A stretch of 64,000 bases of DNA from Eledone cirrhosa (GCA_964016885.1 OZ024761.1:19282001-19346000), one strand, 5' to 3'; numbered from the stretch's first letter, positions 26,130-41,472 are shown. A program made the numbers and translations. The notes: generated by a model not told the origin, from the letters alone.

Positions 26130-26925
26130 GTGCATCTATACACACGCATATTAACATTACAGCTGAAACGTAAAAGAATTTTAATAAATATTAGGTGGAA
26201 AAAAAAAATTAATATGGTTTATCATAATTATTAAAGAAATAGAACTTCCTGAAAGATTTCTCTCCCTTGGAACACAAACGAAACCAACCAATAAGAACGA
26301 AGCTTCTTTTGATTAAAATATGGTTTCAAATTTAGGCACAAGGCAAGCAATTTGGGAGGAGGAGAAAGTCGATTAAATAGACCCCTGTACTTCACTGGTA
26401 CTATATTTTATATCGACAGACCATAGAAGAACGAAGGACAAAGAGAGGTCGCATAACTAATATTACTCACTATATTAAATATATTAACACTAAGTTAACT
26501 ATTATTTGACATGCGGATGACGTCACTGAGTAACTCACCTCGGTGTTTTTACACATGAAATTCTTTGATAAATTTTTATTATTACATTCGTCTCTCTTCG
26601 GAAGAGAAGTGTGTTTTTCCGTGCGTTTTGAACGCATCTGACCTTCAAAAACCGTCAAAAATTAAATGTTTTTTTTTAACCTAATGCTTCCTGCAGCCGC
26701 CAGTATGGGGGCGCATAAGTGGGAACAAGGAGCTCTCAAATGTGGAAACCACAGAAAACGAGTCATTTGCGACAATTTTGAAAGTCATGTTCAAAATACG
26801 TTTTGAAAGTCACGTTCAAATACATTTTGAAAAAAAAAAAAAATTATATGAAATACAAATACAGTCTCAACTTGGTCCTCTTATCACTACTTCTCTATCA
26901 CACTAAGTAGGACGACAAAGTCTAA

Positions 26926-26975
26926 AGTCTGTCTTTGCTGAGGAAGCCTAATAACAACGAAACGCGTCTACAGTT
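26926..26975 (+). ncRNA. Minimal hammerhead-like motif (H4)
   Basis: CTGAGGA agcc...c GAAACGCGTC with palindromic ACGCGT stem III; stem II is decayed. Confidence 0.45.
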
Positions 26976-27466
26976 GTCTCGTGTGATACAAATTCGGTAT
27001 ACAGAATGGTAAAGAATTTATAGAACTCCCGCCAACGGTGTTGTATTAAGTAGGCCATTTATTTTTTTTATTTTTAGCAAGGTGGATATATATATATACA
27101 CACACACACACGTCTGTATATATATATGTGTAGGGTGGGTAAAATTCCAGATATCCATGGACGAGTTCTCTCCAGCGGTCTCTGTCCCTCATCATCACTG
27201 CTATGTCCTGCGTCTCCAAGAGACCTGTGTCTGTCTTTAGGGCATCAACATATGTCAACCTCGGTCTCCCTCTTCTATTGTGTATGTGTAGGGGCTCCCA
27301 CAGGAGCACTTAGTGCAGTGTCTACGATGAATGTCGGTGAGCATGTCCAACTAACCTCAGTCTCTGTGTTGTATATATATATATATATATAATTGGTGTG
27401 GGATGCTTAAAGCGTCCGTAAGCTGTATGCCTTTGAGCACTCGATGCTCTTACAGAGCAGAGTATA

Positions 27467-27694
27467 ATATCACATAAGAAACGGAGAATCAGTGGTGCTA
27501 CGAATAAGATTTATTAGACATATTTTTGGAAACCCTGCTTCGTAGAATCGAGACATATCCGAGGATCTTGCGATTTCAGAGCCAGGTTTGATCATCGCAT
27601 CGATCGTGCTTCGAGCTGGTCGCCAGAGAAACGATTGTAATATGTCTAATAAATCTTATTTGTAGCACCACTGATTCTCCGTTTCTTATGTGAT
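27467..27694. mobile_element. Element with ~56-bp inverted arms
   Basis: atcacataagaaacggagaatcagtggtgctacgaataagatttattagacatat and its near-perfect reverse complement at 27640-27694. Confidence 0.7.
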
Positions 27695-29891
27695 TATATA
27701 TATATGCGCACACATTGCGGAATGTTTTTTTTTTTTTAATCATTAAAAAATTTAAATAATGAATGAATGAAACTGGTTAATTTGAAGTGGTTGAACGACA
27801 ATGGAGCGATAAGTTTTGCTATTTATCTAGTTAACTCTATATTTATTTTGGTCGATACATTCCATTAGAGGGAACAAGAACAAAAAAACTGAGAATATCT
27901 TTATCGTGAGAGCATTAAAGGGATTTAATTTTGCCCAAAGGGTTTACTACATTTTGTCACCTTGCGATTTTGTACGGTTTTCAGATATCGGCCATCACAA
28001 TTTTAAAAATTCGGTCGTTTTTCTTATTAAGTTATTCCTCTTCTTTGTCCACTTATTCTTGAGAGGGCCGTGGGGTCCTGTCAGAAGCAACCGTCTCTAA
28101 TTGATTCGATTGGAGCCCCTCAGAGAAGCCAGCTGAGTTCATGGATGTTATCCAACCATCTTGCTCGAAGTAGTTCTTCTCTTGGGTCTCTTGTCGGTTG
28201 GCTTGACTAGTAAAATCTGTCCAGCGATTCTTTCCTGAGACATTCTAATCACACGCCTGTAGTATCGGAGCTGTGATCTCTCAATTCGGAGAAGTTTAAC
28301 TTCGATAAACTGAAGGAATGCATTTGGCCATCACTTTTTTTTTTCAGTCTCTCGATATATGGCTTATGTGTGTGTGTGTGTGTACACAAACACACAAGAA
28401 ATATTACATGCGGGTTGATGTTCATACAGAGATGAAAGAGAGAAAGTGAAAGATCGATAAACAGAAATTACCATGCTAATCACCTCAGAACATACATATT
28501 GGTGTCCCGTGTCCGGAAAGCAGGCCACAGTCCAATTATTGGAGGTGTGAAACTTGGAATAACTGTTAGTGTAGGTTTTCCAATATGTATATATATATAT
28601 CATCATTTAACGTCCGCTTTCCCTGCTAGCAAGGGTTGGACGGGTTTTCCTCATCCTCCTTTCGGCTTCCCATCAGTTATACGGGCGTATTGGACGCAGG
28701 GAAGATTTTTTGTTTCGGGAGAAAAAAATGAGTCTAATAGAACGTCTAATATGGTAATTACCAAATTTGCCGGCTTATAAGACGCACCTCAATTTGGACA
28801 GGCATTTACAAAAAACAAATGGGTTTAAACTATGAATGTCGGGTCAAGGGTATAAAGTTTGTACATCGTATTTTTTTATTATTATTATCATTATTTAGTT
28901 GTAATCGCTTAGTACATTTTTTTTAAACATAACGAAGCGTGAAAATGTAATTTAAGGGCCGCTGCAGCACTAGGGTTAGGGTTTGACCTTATAAGACGCT
29001 GAGTGTTTTTCTGGAACCTTTCTTTTAGCGGAAGGAAGTTCGTCTTATAAGCCGTCAAATACGGGAATTAATTAGTGAATTACTTCACACCGCGAGGTTT
29101 TTAAGCTGAGAGACGAACAGAGGGCATGGATGGAACAAGCGCTGATAACGATGTAGAACACGAGGGTAATGTAATCGTAAAGGTCATACAGCCTGTGACC
29201 AAATTAATTAACTTCTATAAACTAATTAATTAATCTATATTGATTAATAAAACTGAAGTGTAAATACGACCAGTGAGTGGGGTTATTTTTCACGTTTACC
29301 TTTTTTTTTTTGCTTGGTGTTTTGACTAGACTCAATGTGTCGTTACGATTAGAAAGCCCAGCTGAAAAAGTTCATAGGATGACTATGACGGAGTGATGCT
29401 AGAGCTGTGAAATCTTGCATGATACTAATTTCAATTCTAATTAATATTGTTTTGTTTCTTTCCAGGGACTATGTTGAAAAATTAACCCCATTTCGTCATT
29501 CCATGAGAGTATCTTGGTCAGACTATGAACTTTTCAGCCGACCCTCGTATATTTTTATCGTTAGATATGTTATAAGAAATGTTTTGATCCCTGCAAATTC
29601 TGTAGTTTTCCTTTTACACACACTATATATATATATATAAAACACCGGGACAAACTCGGTTTCCACACCAGTAAACATTAGCTTTGCCTTTCATCGATAC
29701 GAGGTCAATAAAAAAAAGTAACAGTAACGCACAAGGGTCGATTCAATCGACTTTCCCCTCCCCCAAAATTGTTGGCTTTGTGCCTAAATCAGAAACCGTT
29801 ATTATGTAACTATACATCTACAAGCAATCGTGTATTCTATATGCACACAGATATATATTTATATATGCATACTGTATATAAACATACAGAG

Positions 29892-29948
29892 AAGTCATTC
29901 GTGATGATTTCAAACGAAAGAAACAGTTCTAGCCCTGTAGAAGTCATA
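29892..29948 (+). ncRNA. Degenerate hammerhead motif (H1)
   Basis: gTGATGA tttcaaacgaaa GAAACAG ttctagcc CTGTA gaag; core C mutated to G. Confidence 0.45.
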
Positions 29949-30164
29949 TATACTGTATATATGTAATCTTGTATACACACATTTTTCTCCTAAAAGTTCT
30001 CTCCTGAAATAAACGCACACGAAGAAAGAGATTGTACGATTGCATTTTAATACTTCGAGTTTACTTATAAATAGTAAATATAAATACAAAATGTATGAAC
30101 GAAATACAAACCTGAGAAATATAAATATTTAAATATATATATATATAAACGAACTACAACAAAC

Positions 30165-30261
30165 CTGATAGATTCGCGAAATCTGTTAAAGAACTAGGAA
30201 TTGGTAAATTCTGCAGGTAGTTTGGAATACTAACTTTCACCAGATCCGACATGATGTTCAT
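30165..30261 (-). CDS. CISD2: CDGSH iron-sulfur domain protein (CISD2/Miner1 type), coding exon 1
   Basis: MNIMSDLVKVSIPNYLQNLPIPSSLTDFANLS matches the CISD2 N-terminus (IVKVQLPAYLKRLPVPESITGFARLT); G|GTTTGT donor, phase 1. Confidence 0.92.
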
Positions 30262-30459
30262 GATGGCAGTGTTGTGATATTGTGTATTATTGTATTATGG
30301 TATCAATGTGGTTAATTGCTGCTACTACTACTACTACTACTACAACGAACTAGTTACGGTGAATTTACAAAAGGAGATAACAGCAATGAATTCGAGGGAT
30401 CTGACCTTGACATTAGAAACTCGTTTCAGAATCTTTTTTTTTTTTTTCTTTAAATTGAA

Positions 30460-30520
30460 CCGCTCCTCCGTCGCCGCCGTCACCACGGGTGTACATATCA
30501 CTTCCGGTATATTACGGGGT
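30460..30520 (-). promoter_or_regulatory. Putative CISD2 promoter/TSS region
   Basis: Local GC/CpG-rich patch with ETS-type CCGGAAGTG (plus strand cacttccgg, ~30499-30508) about 240 bp upstream of the ATG. Confidence 0.4.
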
Positions 30521-30678
30521 GAATGAGAATTTGGTTTCATTAACAAAAAAATATATAAATAAAGGTAATGGTAATAAAATAAAGAGAAAGAACATTCGTT
30601 CTAGACAGTTCTGTTGTCTATCTGTATACCTTTATATATATATGTATATATTCATTTTAATAAGGGTGAATAAAAGGT

Positions 30679-30727
30679 CTTTGTTACTCTCGAGTTTCGC
30701 CTGATTATCACTGGGTCATCAGACAAG
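30679..30727 (-). ncRNA. Hammerhead motif (family H3)
   Basis: cttgt CTGATGA cccagtgataatcaggc GAAA CTCgaGAG TA acaaag; stem I ttgt/acaa. Confidence 0.6.
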
Positions 30728-30739
30728 TATACCCTTAAC

Positions 30740-30780
<41 letters not shown>

Positions 30781-30980
30781 CTTATCGTGTGTATATACAT
30801 ATAAAATGTATGTTTCTTATCGTTTCTGTACTTTTATTTAGCCATGTTTCATTACATTATTTATCAATAAACTTTCTTCGACGAATGTCTTATTAATTCA
30901 CTCTATCAAACTGTTATCTCTCTTTCTGTCTGTATATCTAACTCTTTCTCACTGTCTCTTAATTTATCTATCTATCTCAT

Positions 30981-31036
<56 letters not shown>

Positions 31037-31177
31037 TTTCTCTGTCAGTGTATCTATCTCAATATCTTTCTTTCTCTGTCTGTATATCGAGCTCACTCTC
31101 TATCTATCTATCTCATTCTCTCTCTTCTCTATCCCAAAACTAAATTCCGGTCTAATAATTTATTAAAACGACCGGTG

Positions 31178-31709
31178 TCTCATCACTGACAATAGATCTC
31201 GTTTGAGGAAGATCGCAATATCTCGTTCGATTCACCGGATTAATAGCGTATGCGTGTGTGCGGTCGAGTTAAGGTTAGGGTTGATATAAGTATCAGGCCC
31301 CCTTCGTTTCGGGTAGGTTTTAAAGGTGCCCAGACATGTATCGTGTATTACTCTGATTTCTGTTCTTCTCGGTCAACGAACCGTGAACGGAACGCGCGTG
31401 CACACACACATATATATATTTATTTATTCGACAAATTTTAATTCGGTTATATAATGTTTCCAATAACAAAAAGAAAGAGAGAGTGAGACACACATATAGA
31501 TAGATAGATACACACACACATTATACACACATATATATAATGTGTGTATATCTATCTATAAATATAAATCTGGGATATATATATATATCCCTTCTGCTAT
31601 ATATATATGTGTGTGTGTATACGTGTGAGGGGTACATGTAAAATAGACCCGGTGTAGCAGACGAGATCTTTTCAGTTTCTTCAAACGAGATCTATTTGTC
31701 AATGATACC
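31178..31709. mobile_element. Element with imperfect ~55-bp inverted arms
   Basis: tgacaatagatctcgtttgaggaa...caccgg vs ccggtg...ttcttcaaacgagatctatttgtca; internal ttaaggttagggtt. Confidence 0.5.
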
Positions 31710-32999
31710 TCTAACATGAGATGTATATTTCATAAAGCTCTTTGTATTTAAAAAGAAAATAAAGAAAAATGCTTGCCATTTGACAATAAATTTTTTACTG
31801 AATTGTTTTTTTTTTGAAACCTGTTTCTTAAATAGTGCTGAATCATCATTGAATTTATTGAGCGGGCATACGATCTAAGGCCTTCCAGCCGTGACTATCC
31901 AATATTTTTATTTATTATTCAATGGTTCGACAAAGAGAGAGGAGGAGAGACAGACAGATTGACAGAGATAGTGAAAGAAAGAAAGAGACAAGGAGAGCGA
32001 TAGAAAGAGAGAAAGAGATTAAATAAGTACCAAGCTTGAAAACAAATAAATCCCTTCTAAACGGTGCCCCATCATGGCCGTAGTCTAATGACTGGAATTA
32101 GTAAAATATATATTTTATTTTATTTCTTTATGCATTTTTTTTCTTTTGGTTCTTTCTAGGCGTAGTGTTCCCGGTGTAAATATTTCAAGCTATCCGTTTC
32201 CCATTTCAAATAATCGCCCGGTAATCTTAAATCGAGGCGGCGAATTGGCAGAGTCGTTAGAACATCGTTTCGGTTCTCTGCTCTCTGCTGAGTTCAAATC
32301 CCTCCAAGGTCAACTTTGCCTTTCATTCATTCGAGGTTGATAAAAAAGAAGTACCAGTTTAGTACTTCCTCTATATCTCTTTCTCTCATTCTCTATCCTT
32401 CTCTGGAAGAAATCTGTTGTATTCAGATCTGCAGAGATGGGCTCCGCCAGATTAAAACAAATGCCCCCAAAACGCCGTATCTCAAATACGCCGCCCCTAC
32501 GATACCTCAGGAGTTACGGGTCCATGCATGCAATCTTAAATCGCTTTCCTATTACCGCCCACGTTTTGAGGTGGGAGGTGTAACTTGAATCTGATTTCAA
32601 GTTAACCGCTGCTCTGTTCATTTATTTGCCTCTCTATCACCACCACCACCACCACCCCTTCTTTCTCTCTCTCTCTCTCTCTCTCTGCCTCGCCTCTCCC
32701 ACTCTCTCTCTCTCTCTCTCTCTCTGATCTATCTAAAATGATAAATTCAAGATTATAAACAGCTCTTCAAATGTCGAAAAAAAAATGCCACAAAAATGTT
32801 GGATTTTAACCTCCTCCTCCGCCTCTTCAGGATACACGTGCCTGTGGAATACCCAACCACTTGCAGGATAATAATACGAGTGGAGGACTGTACAATAAAA
32901 AAAATTACATAGCCTACATTTTCCACTACACAGTCCACGTCGACCCACGTCAAGTCATGTACCAGGTCAGGTCACAACACCATATGATTCTCTCCACTA

Positions 33000-33430
33000 C
33001 TGATGGTGGTGGTGTTTGTGATGTGGTGGTGGTGGTGGTGCTTGTGATGGTGGTGGTGGTGGTGCTTGTGATGGGGTGGTAGTGGTGGTGGAGGGTTATG
33101 AAGGTGATGGTGGTGGTGCTTGTGATGGGGTGGTAGTGGTGATGGAGGGTTATGAAGGTGATGGGGTGGTAGTGGCGGTGGAGGGTTATGATGGTGGTGG
33201 TGGTGGTGGTGCTTGTGATGGGTGGTAGTGGTGGGTTATGAAGGTGATGATGGTGGTGGTGATGGTGATTACTATTACGAAGGTGATGATGATTATGATT
33301 ATTATGATGATGACGATGATAATGATAATGATGATTATGGTGATAACGATGACGATGATGGTGATGATTACGTAAGATGACGATGATAATGATAACGATG
33401 ATGATGATGATGATGACGATGATGGTGAGA
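33000..33430. repeat. (GGT)n/(GAT)n compound microsatellite
   Basis: Direct inspection. Confidence 0.85.
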
Positions 33431-33526
33431 TAAACTACATTTACATAATATGATAGTTTTGTGAGGCTATCAGTTAAAAGCGTCATGGCTAAAGTACAAC
33501 TTGTTAACACTGCAAATACTTGCACT

Positions 33527-33567
<41 letters not shown>

Positions 33568-33645
33568 CGTATGTATGTATATATATATATCATCATCATC
33601 ATCATCATCATCATGGTTTTTATGTCGATGATGATGATGATATAT

Positions 33646-33707
<62 letters not shown>

Positions 33708-34224
33708 CTATGAGTATGTGCATGAATATGTCTATATATATATATATATATCATATACACATAGTCCAGAATTAGCCGTCGAAACGGCTTGAGCTCAGCC
33801 GTCGGGGTCTTACTGGTTCCTATCATATACACATATATATATATGTGTGTGTGTGTGTGTGATAAGATACTAACTGTTTCCCAACTATTTTGGGACTACT
33901 TTTTTAGAAGATATATTTCATCAAGCCCCACCCCACCCCTTACTGTAAAACTGATAAAAATTCTACTCTGGAAATGAAATTTTAATTTTTTTTTTAACTA
34001 TCATTTTATTTAACCATTCTGATACCAAACAGCCCGGAAACGCCCCTGGTTCTGCGATACAAAACTGTTTGTTTTAAAGAGCTTTTGCACGTATATAGGC
34101 GACGAATTGGCAGAGTCGTTAAAATGTTGAATAGAATGCTTTGTAGTATTCGTTTCGGCTCTCAGCTTTTTAACCATTTAAGGTCGATAAAAAAGTGTAC
34201 CAGTCTAATACTGGTGTCCAGTCT

Positions 34225-34585
34225 TCCTCTAAATCTCTCTTTCTCACTTCCATTCTATCACCAGAGAATGAGAGAGTGGAAGTAAAAAATCTGCTATATT
34301 TGGACCTGGAGAGGATTGGGCTCTGCCAGGTTTAAAAGGGGCTCTGGAAACGCCGTATGTTAATACGGCGACCGTACGACTCCCTTAAGAGTTACGGAAC
34401 CATGCATGTATGGTCCCGTAACTCATGAGGGGTTCGTAGCAGTGTCGTTGTAACATAACGGCGTTTCTAGGGCATTTTGAATCCTAAGCGGAGCCCCCAT
34501 CTGCTCTCTAGGTCTGAGCACAGCAGATATCCTCCAGAGATGGATAGTGAGAGAATGGAAGTGAGAAAGAGATATAGAGATATAG
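34225..34585. mobile_element. Fold-back element inserted in a SINE-B tail
   Basis: Terminal arms ctct..tctctttctcacttccattct / agaatggaagtgagaaagaga; central gagttacggaaccat...atggtcccgtaactc; related halves at 32370-32545, 34630-34790, 25220-25315. Confidence 0.6.
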
Positions 34586-35311
34586 AATCGACCCCAGATC
34601 TAGACTGATATTATATTTGTATGTTGTATGTATGGTTCCATAACTTCTGATGCACTCGTAAAGCCGCCGTAATGGCATACAGCATTTTGGGGGTATTTTA
34701 AAGCCAGGTCTGAAAACAGCAGATTTCTTCCAGAGAAAGGTAGAAAGTGAGAGAGATGTAGTGAGAAATAAATGTAGAAGTAGGATAAACCCCACTACTA
34801 GACTGGTATTCTTTTTATTGACCTCAAAAGGAGAGAAGGCAAAGTTGATCTCGGCGGGATTTGAACTGAAAGGGCCATAAGCCGGAACAAACGCAGGAAT
34901 GCATTATATCCGACATTCTAACGACTCTGTCAATTCGCCGCTTATAAAGAGTTTATATTTATCGAGAAAAAAAAAACAACTTTCTATCATAATTTTAAGT
35001 TATATTCCATTATGTTTTATTCTAAAATAATGGTTTGAACTCTTCCCATCCTTATTGCTGAGGGTCGGGGATCATGGCCAATTGTACCAATGCTTATCTA
35101 CATGATGCTCTATGTCCATGATTCTCAACAGGTGAACGTGACGTCGGTGGGTCTTGAATCCGAGTTCGTCCATTATTAGTGAAGTAATTGTGGAGCGACA
35201 TCTTCCTTCATCAAAAGGATGAAGCCGTTGGCCACTTGAAGGTTGTTACCAAAGGGATTAAAGAATCCCGTTAACCTCCATTTTGAAATCAGAGTGATCC
35301 TTCCTTCAGAC

Positions 35312-35602
35312 CAGTCATGGGCAACCTTTTTCGAGAATCGGGCCGCATGAGATATGGCTCATCATCAGGTGGGCCGGAAGCGCTAATTTACATTCGTGCC
35401 CACATTAAAAAAAAAGGGTGGTAACTCGGGTTGTTTTGATTTGTTTCTTCAGAATTCGTACACGTTGTTTTCCTCGATCGTAAAAATGATAGAAAGATAA
35501 ATTACGACTGAAAAGTTGGGGTAAAAAAATCAGAAAGATTTCACTTAGGTGACTTAGAAAGCCATTCAGAAAGCTTCGCGGGCCGCAGGTTGCCCATGAC
35601 TG
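35312..35602. mobile_element. hAT-type MITE
   Basis: Perfect TIR cagtcatgggcaacc / ggttgcccatgactg; flanks cttcagac / ctctagac. Confidence 0.85.
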
Positions 35603-35610
35603 CTCTAGAC

Positions 35611-35776
35611 CAATGGTTCCCAAAGTGGGTTCCGTAAAGGAGTGTCTGGGGTTCCCTGAAAAAACGTAGAGAAGTATATTTATATTACGACAATATAACA
35701 GTATTAGACTTTGGGGTCCCCCCAAAGTTTTTGAACTAAAAAGGGTTCCGCGTTTGAAAAAGTTTGGGAAACCTTG
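35611..35776. mobile_element. hAT-type MITE
   Basis: caatggttcccaaa / tttgggaaaccttg; TSD ctctagac/ccctagac. Confidence 0.82.
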
Positions 35777-36434
35777 CCCTAGACAAGCTACCGACGAAAG
35801 CTAACGTGCTCTTGTAGCAGTGATTTGAACTCTTGTTTTAATATTAGCAAAGTAGGTCAGTGTGACCCCACATGCGCAACACGGATGCTCATTTCCTTTT
35901 GTTTCAAGATCTGGCATCAGCCTGTCTGGAAAAATACCCAGCTAGAGAATATTGACAGTTTATTTGAGATAACTAGCTTGATCATAGACATTCTGTTCTT
36001 GTCTCTCAAAGGACACAGACCACACAGTTTCTTCCATCGAGAAAGATGTAGTTTTTAACCAAACACTACGGCCCTTTCGATAAGGGCCAATTAGCTTTAT
36101 TCCCATTGGCACTTCAATAAAAATTAGTACATACACAACTGTAAATATCATCTTTCGAACTTTTGCACATACATATACATAACAACATAGCCTTGTTTTT
36201 ACTTTACTTTAACATCAATAGCCTTGGCGTAAATAGCGATTTGGTATTTATTTCATTACTTATCTCATCAGGGTAAATCAGTTACCCAAAAAATCATCAC
36301 ATCATCATCATTATCATCATAATGAACACAGTAGCTCACTTGCACATCTGGTCACACACACAGACACATCAATCTTCCTTCGTCTACACGCTACACAAAG
36401 GTAACCACATCTTTTCTTTCGACCGGCAACTGTA

Positions 36435-36465
<31 letters not shown>

Positions 36466-37465
36466 TTTTTCATCGGACCTCACGGCTAACGAAACGTAGG
36501 TACCTGTGTAGTAATAGGCCTAAATAATTATATTCAAACTCGCCCTACGAGTTGCTGTATACTTTGGATATCTTTACCTACCTATTACTACTATATATAT
36601 ATATGTGCTTTTCAGCATTGAGTTATGGCCCTTTACGGTCTGAGTTCATCCTTACGAGGTCGATAAAATATACCACTAGTAATGCACTGGGATAATTGCT
36701 AGCCTTGTGCCAAAAGTAGAAACAATATATATACATATGTGTGTGTGTGTGTGTGCAAAAAGTAAACAGATAACGAACACGGTACAATGAAGAAATATAT
36801 TATTAGTTTTACGCTTGATGTAGGTCCGTCTATAATTGACATATGTAAGCGATACAGTGATTAAGAGCTTGCTTTTGATTTGATAAACTTTATCGTTACT
36901 GAGTTCAAATCCTGTTTATGTTTACAGTAATGTTGTACTCATTGATACAGTTGCATAGCGATCGATACCGTAGAATTAACAGAACAGGGGTTTCCTCCGC
37001 TATCATTAGAACCGTTTAATTCGTTAGGGGACTGCCACTGAAAAACCGAAGACCATTTGGTCAAATGCTATACACACACATATATATATATATGTATATA
37101 GAATATCCTCCAAAAATGTATACACATTTTGATTACCTGTACAAGCAATATTTATTAGAATGGTGTATACATTTTTGGGGACACACACTGTATATATGTG
37201 TGTGTGAGTGTGTGTGTGTGTGTGTGAATAAATATATATTCATAATATATTTATATATTTATAACTATGTATATACATATCTATGTGTTTACCTATAAGC
37301 ATATATCTATCTATATATATCTCTATATATAATTTCTCAGGTCATATGACCAGTCTTTTTATCTGTGTGTGTGATATATATATTTATATATATATATATA
37401 TATATATATACATACATAGTGATCTGAAAAGATATCCAGGTGAAAGTCCAGGTAGAGTCCTGGTA

Positions 37466-37520
37466 TATATCCTGATGATTTCATATGAATGAAACAGTTC
37501 TAGTTCCGTAGAAGTCATAT
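37466..37520 (+). ncRNA. Hammerhead motif (H1)
   Basis: CTGATGA tttcatatgaat GAAAC agttctagttcc GTA gaag. Confidence 0.55.
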
Positions 37521-37702
37521 ATAATAAAGATGCTTATACTCTACCAATGTATCGTAGTAAAGTTTAGTCAACATTATTCCTAGGCGATGGTTAAAAGGGC
37601 ACCGTAAGGTGGTGATTCGTCGATCACGAGTTGAGTCGGGGGGGGGGGGGGGGGGGGGCACAGTAAATAAGGTACTCAATACATGTGTCGAGTGAAGACA
37701 GG

Positions 37703-37830
37703 AGTTTATATAGAAAAGGCTTCTACAGAGCTAGAACTGTTTCATTCTTATGAAATCACCAGGAATGCCGCTGATGATTGTATGCGAACGAAACAGTTCT
37801 AGTCATGTAGAAACCTTTTCTATATAAACT
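37703..37830. ncRNA. Two back-to-back hammerhead motifs (H1)
   Basis: Minus-strand core CTGGTGA at 37756-37762 and plus-strand core CTGATGA at 37771-37777, each followed by GAAACAGTTCTAG...GTA. Confidence 0.6.
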
Positions 37831-37834
37831 TATA

Positions 37835-37949
<115 letters not shown>

Positions 37950-38035
37950 GGAAAGTTATATTTAAATTGTTGGGTTACAACTAGTAAATATTTATAACTG
38001 ATATAAAAGCACTCAACAAGTATTTGGAGTATATT

Positions 38036-38406
38036 TACGATATTAAATAAATGGAAACTATATTTATAAAACCATATTTATTTCATTATATATATTTCAG
38101 GGATATCATATTAACAATATGTTATGCCTTCCTCAGACAAAATACAATATAGACAGTTTTATAGATAAATAGATTTGACATACTGTTCAACATCGACTTG
38201 TATTTGAAAAAGTTGATTTGGCAAATCAACTTTTTCAAATACAAGTCGATGTTGAACGGTATGTCAAATCTATTTATCTATAAAACTGTCTATATTGTAT
38301 TTTGTCTGAGGAAGGCATAACATATTGTTAATATGATATCCCTGAAATATATATAATGAAATAAATATGGTTTTATAAATATAGTTTCCATTTATTTAAT
38401 ATCGTA
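38036..38406. mobile_element. 371-bp palindrome with one hammerhead motif per arm (H2; Penelope-like inverted repeat)
   Basis: 185-bp arms centred on 38221; CTGAGGA AGG...CCT GAAATATATATA at 38306 (+) and 38136 (-). Confidence 0.75.
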
Positions 38407-38446
38407 TATATATATATATATATATGTTTGTATATGTGTGTGTGTT

Positions 38447-38516
38447 TATAAGTTTATATAGAAAAGGTTTCTACAGGACTAGAACTGTTTCATTCGCAAG
38501 GTATCATCAGCGGCAT
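38447..38516 (-). ncRNA. Hammerhead motif (H1)
   Basis: CTGATGA taccttgcgaat GAAACAG ttctagtc CTGTA. Confidence 0.55.
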
Positions 38517-39397
38517 ATGTAATGTATGTATCTACGTACATACATATTCAAACTTTAACTCTCGTGCACAGAACATATTTCATACTATATTTTTACCGTC
38601 TGCACTGTCTGTTTACCCAACATAACATTGTAATTATTTCACACACAACCGTCCGAACACAAGCGGGGTGAATACATATTTATCTTCGGCGGGTTTCCTG
38701 TGTAAGCTTCTTCCAGGTCGTTCTACCCTCCTCAATTATTATTACGTCTTTTTTTTTGTATTTCTTTTTAAAGAAAATCTGAATATTTGAATATTTAGTG
38801 TAAATATGCGACATTTTGTTTTGCCTTTTAGATTCGTTATATTTCACGGAAGATCATTTAAAACCTGGTTCCGCCTTTTTTTTTTACTGGTCCTCAGATC
38901 ACTGTGAACATAACCAACCAGCCAGCTTATCTCCTGTAACCGGTAAAGTGGAAATGATATATGATATGATATATTATCATGTAATATAAGAAATGACTTT
39001 GGTAAACAGCATTTAAGTATATCAAATATAATAGCACACACATACCCCGCCATATATATATATACACACACACACAAACACAAATATATGTATATATCTG
39101 GTTGTGGTTGACGGCCGACAGAAAAGACTACTCAATACCGAAGTAGAGTTTTATATATTCATGTTAGTAAGACTAAATAGTGAGTCTTATTCTTCTGAGT
39201 TTCGCCTATTTATCATAGGATCATCAGACAAGAACATATCATATATATATATATATAGTAGAGAATCAGGGCCCGACAGCTGAACTCTTGCCGTTTCGTC
39301 AGCAAATTCTTCCAGACTCTACTATATTTATACTCTGCTCTCTGCATTGTGTACTCTGCTGAATAATGGTCTTACTAATTTAAAACTGGTATATCCT

Positions 39398-39469
<72 letters not shown>

Positions 39470-39593
39470 AATGTTGTTTTTCAGGAAAATAAAATCCTAC
39501 ACTCCTAAAATTAACACGTATTGAGTACTCATTTATGTAATGTTTAAACTATAACATTTTATTGTGTACACTAATATATATATATATATAATG

Positions 39594-39665
<72 letters not shown>

Positions 39666-39668
39666 TTA

Positions 39669-39795
39669 TTTATTAAAATAACAGATTAAAGTTTAAGCAA
39701 AGAATCGCTGCTTTCACCCTTAACGGGGAAGATCCCGTTAAGGGGGAAAGCAGCGATTTTTTGCTTAAACTTTAATCTGTTATTTTAATAAATAT
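39669..39795. repeat. ~60-bp-arm inverted repeat of a dispersed element
   Basis: Arms around gaagat at ~39730; same sequence at 2771-2836 and 40267-40318; adjacent 39798-39882 is the reverse complement of 2580-2662. Confidence 0.8.
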
Positions 39796-39879
39796 TTGCT
39801 CTACGGTTCTTATATATTTGATATATACTTATCCTTATCGAGCCCTTTTGGGATTTTAGTCTTTAAATTTATTATTATT

Positions 39880-41278
<1,399 letters not shown>

Positions 41279-41472
41279 AAAGCCGTATGGCGAGATATGA
41301 GTGACTTGTTTAATTATGAAGCAGATAGATAGATAGATAAAAAGAGAGAGATATATAAAGTAAAGAAAGCTAGAGAGACACGGAGTAGGCATAAAGTTAA
41401 CTGATGCAAGCGGCTTGTTTTAATTATGAAGTGAAGATAGAAAAAGACGGATATATATGTGTGTGTGTGGTG

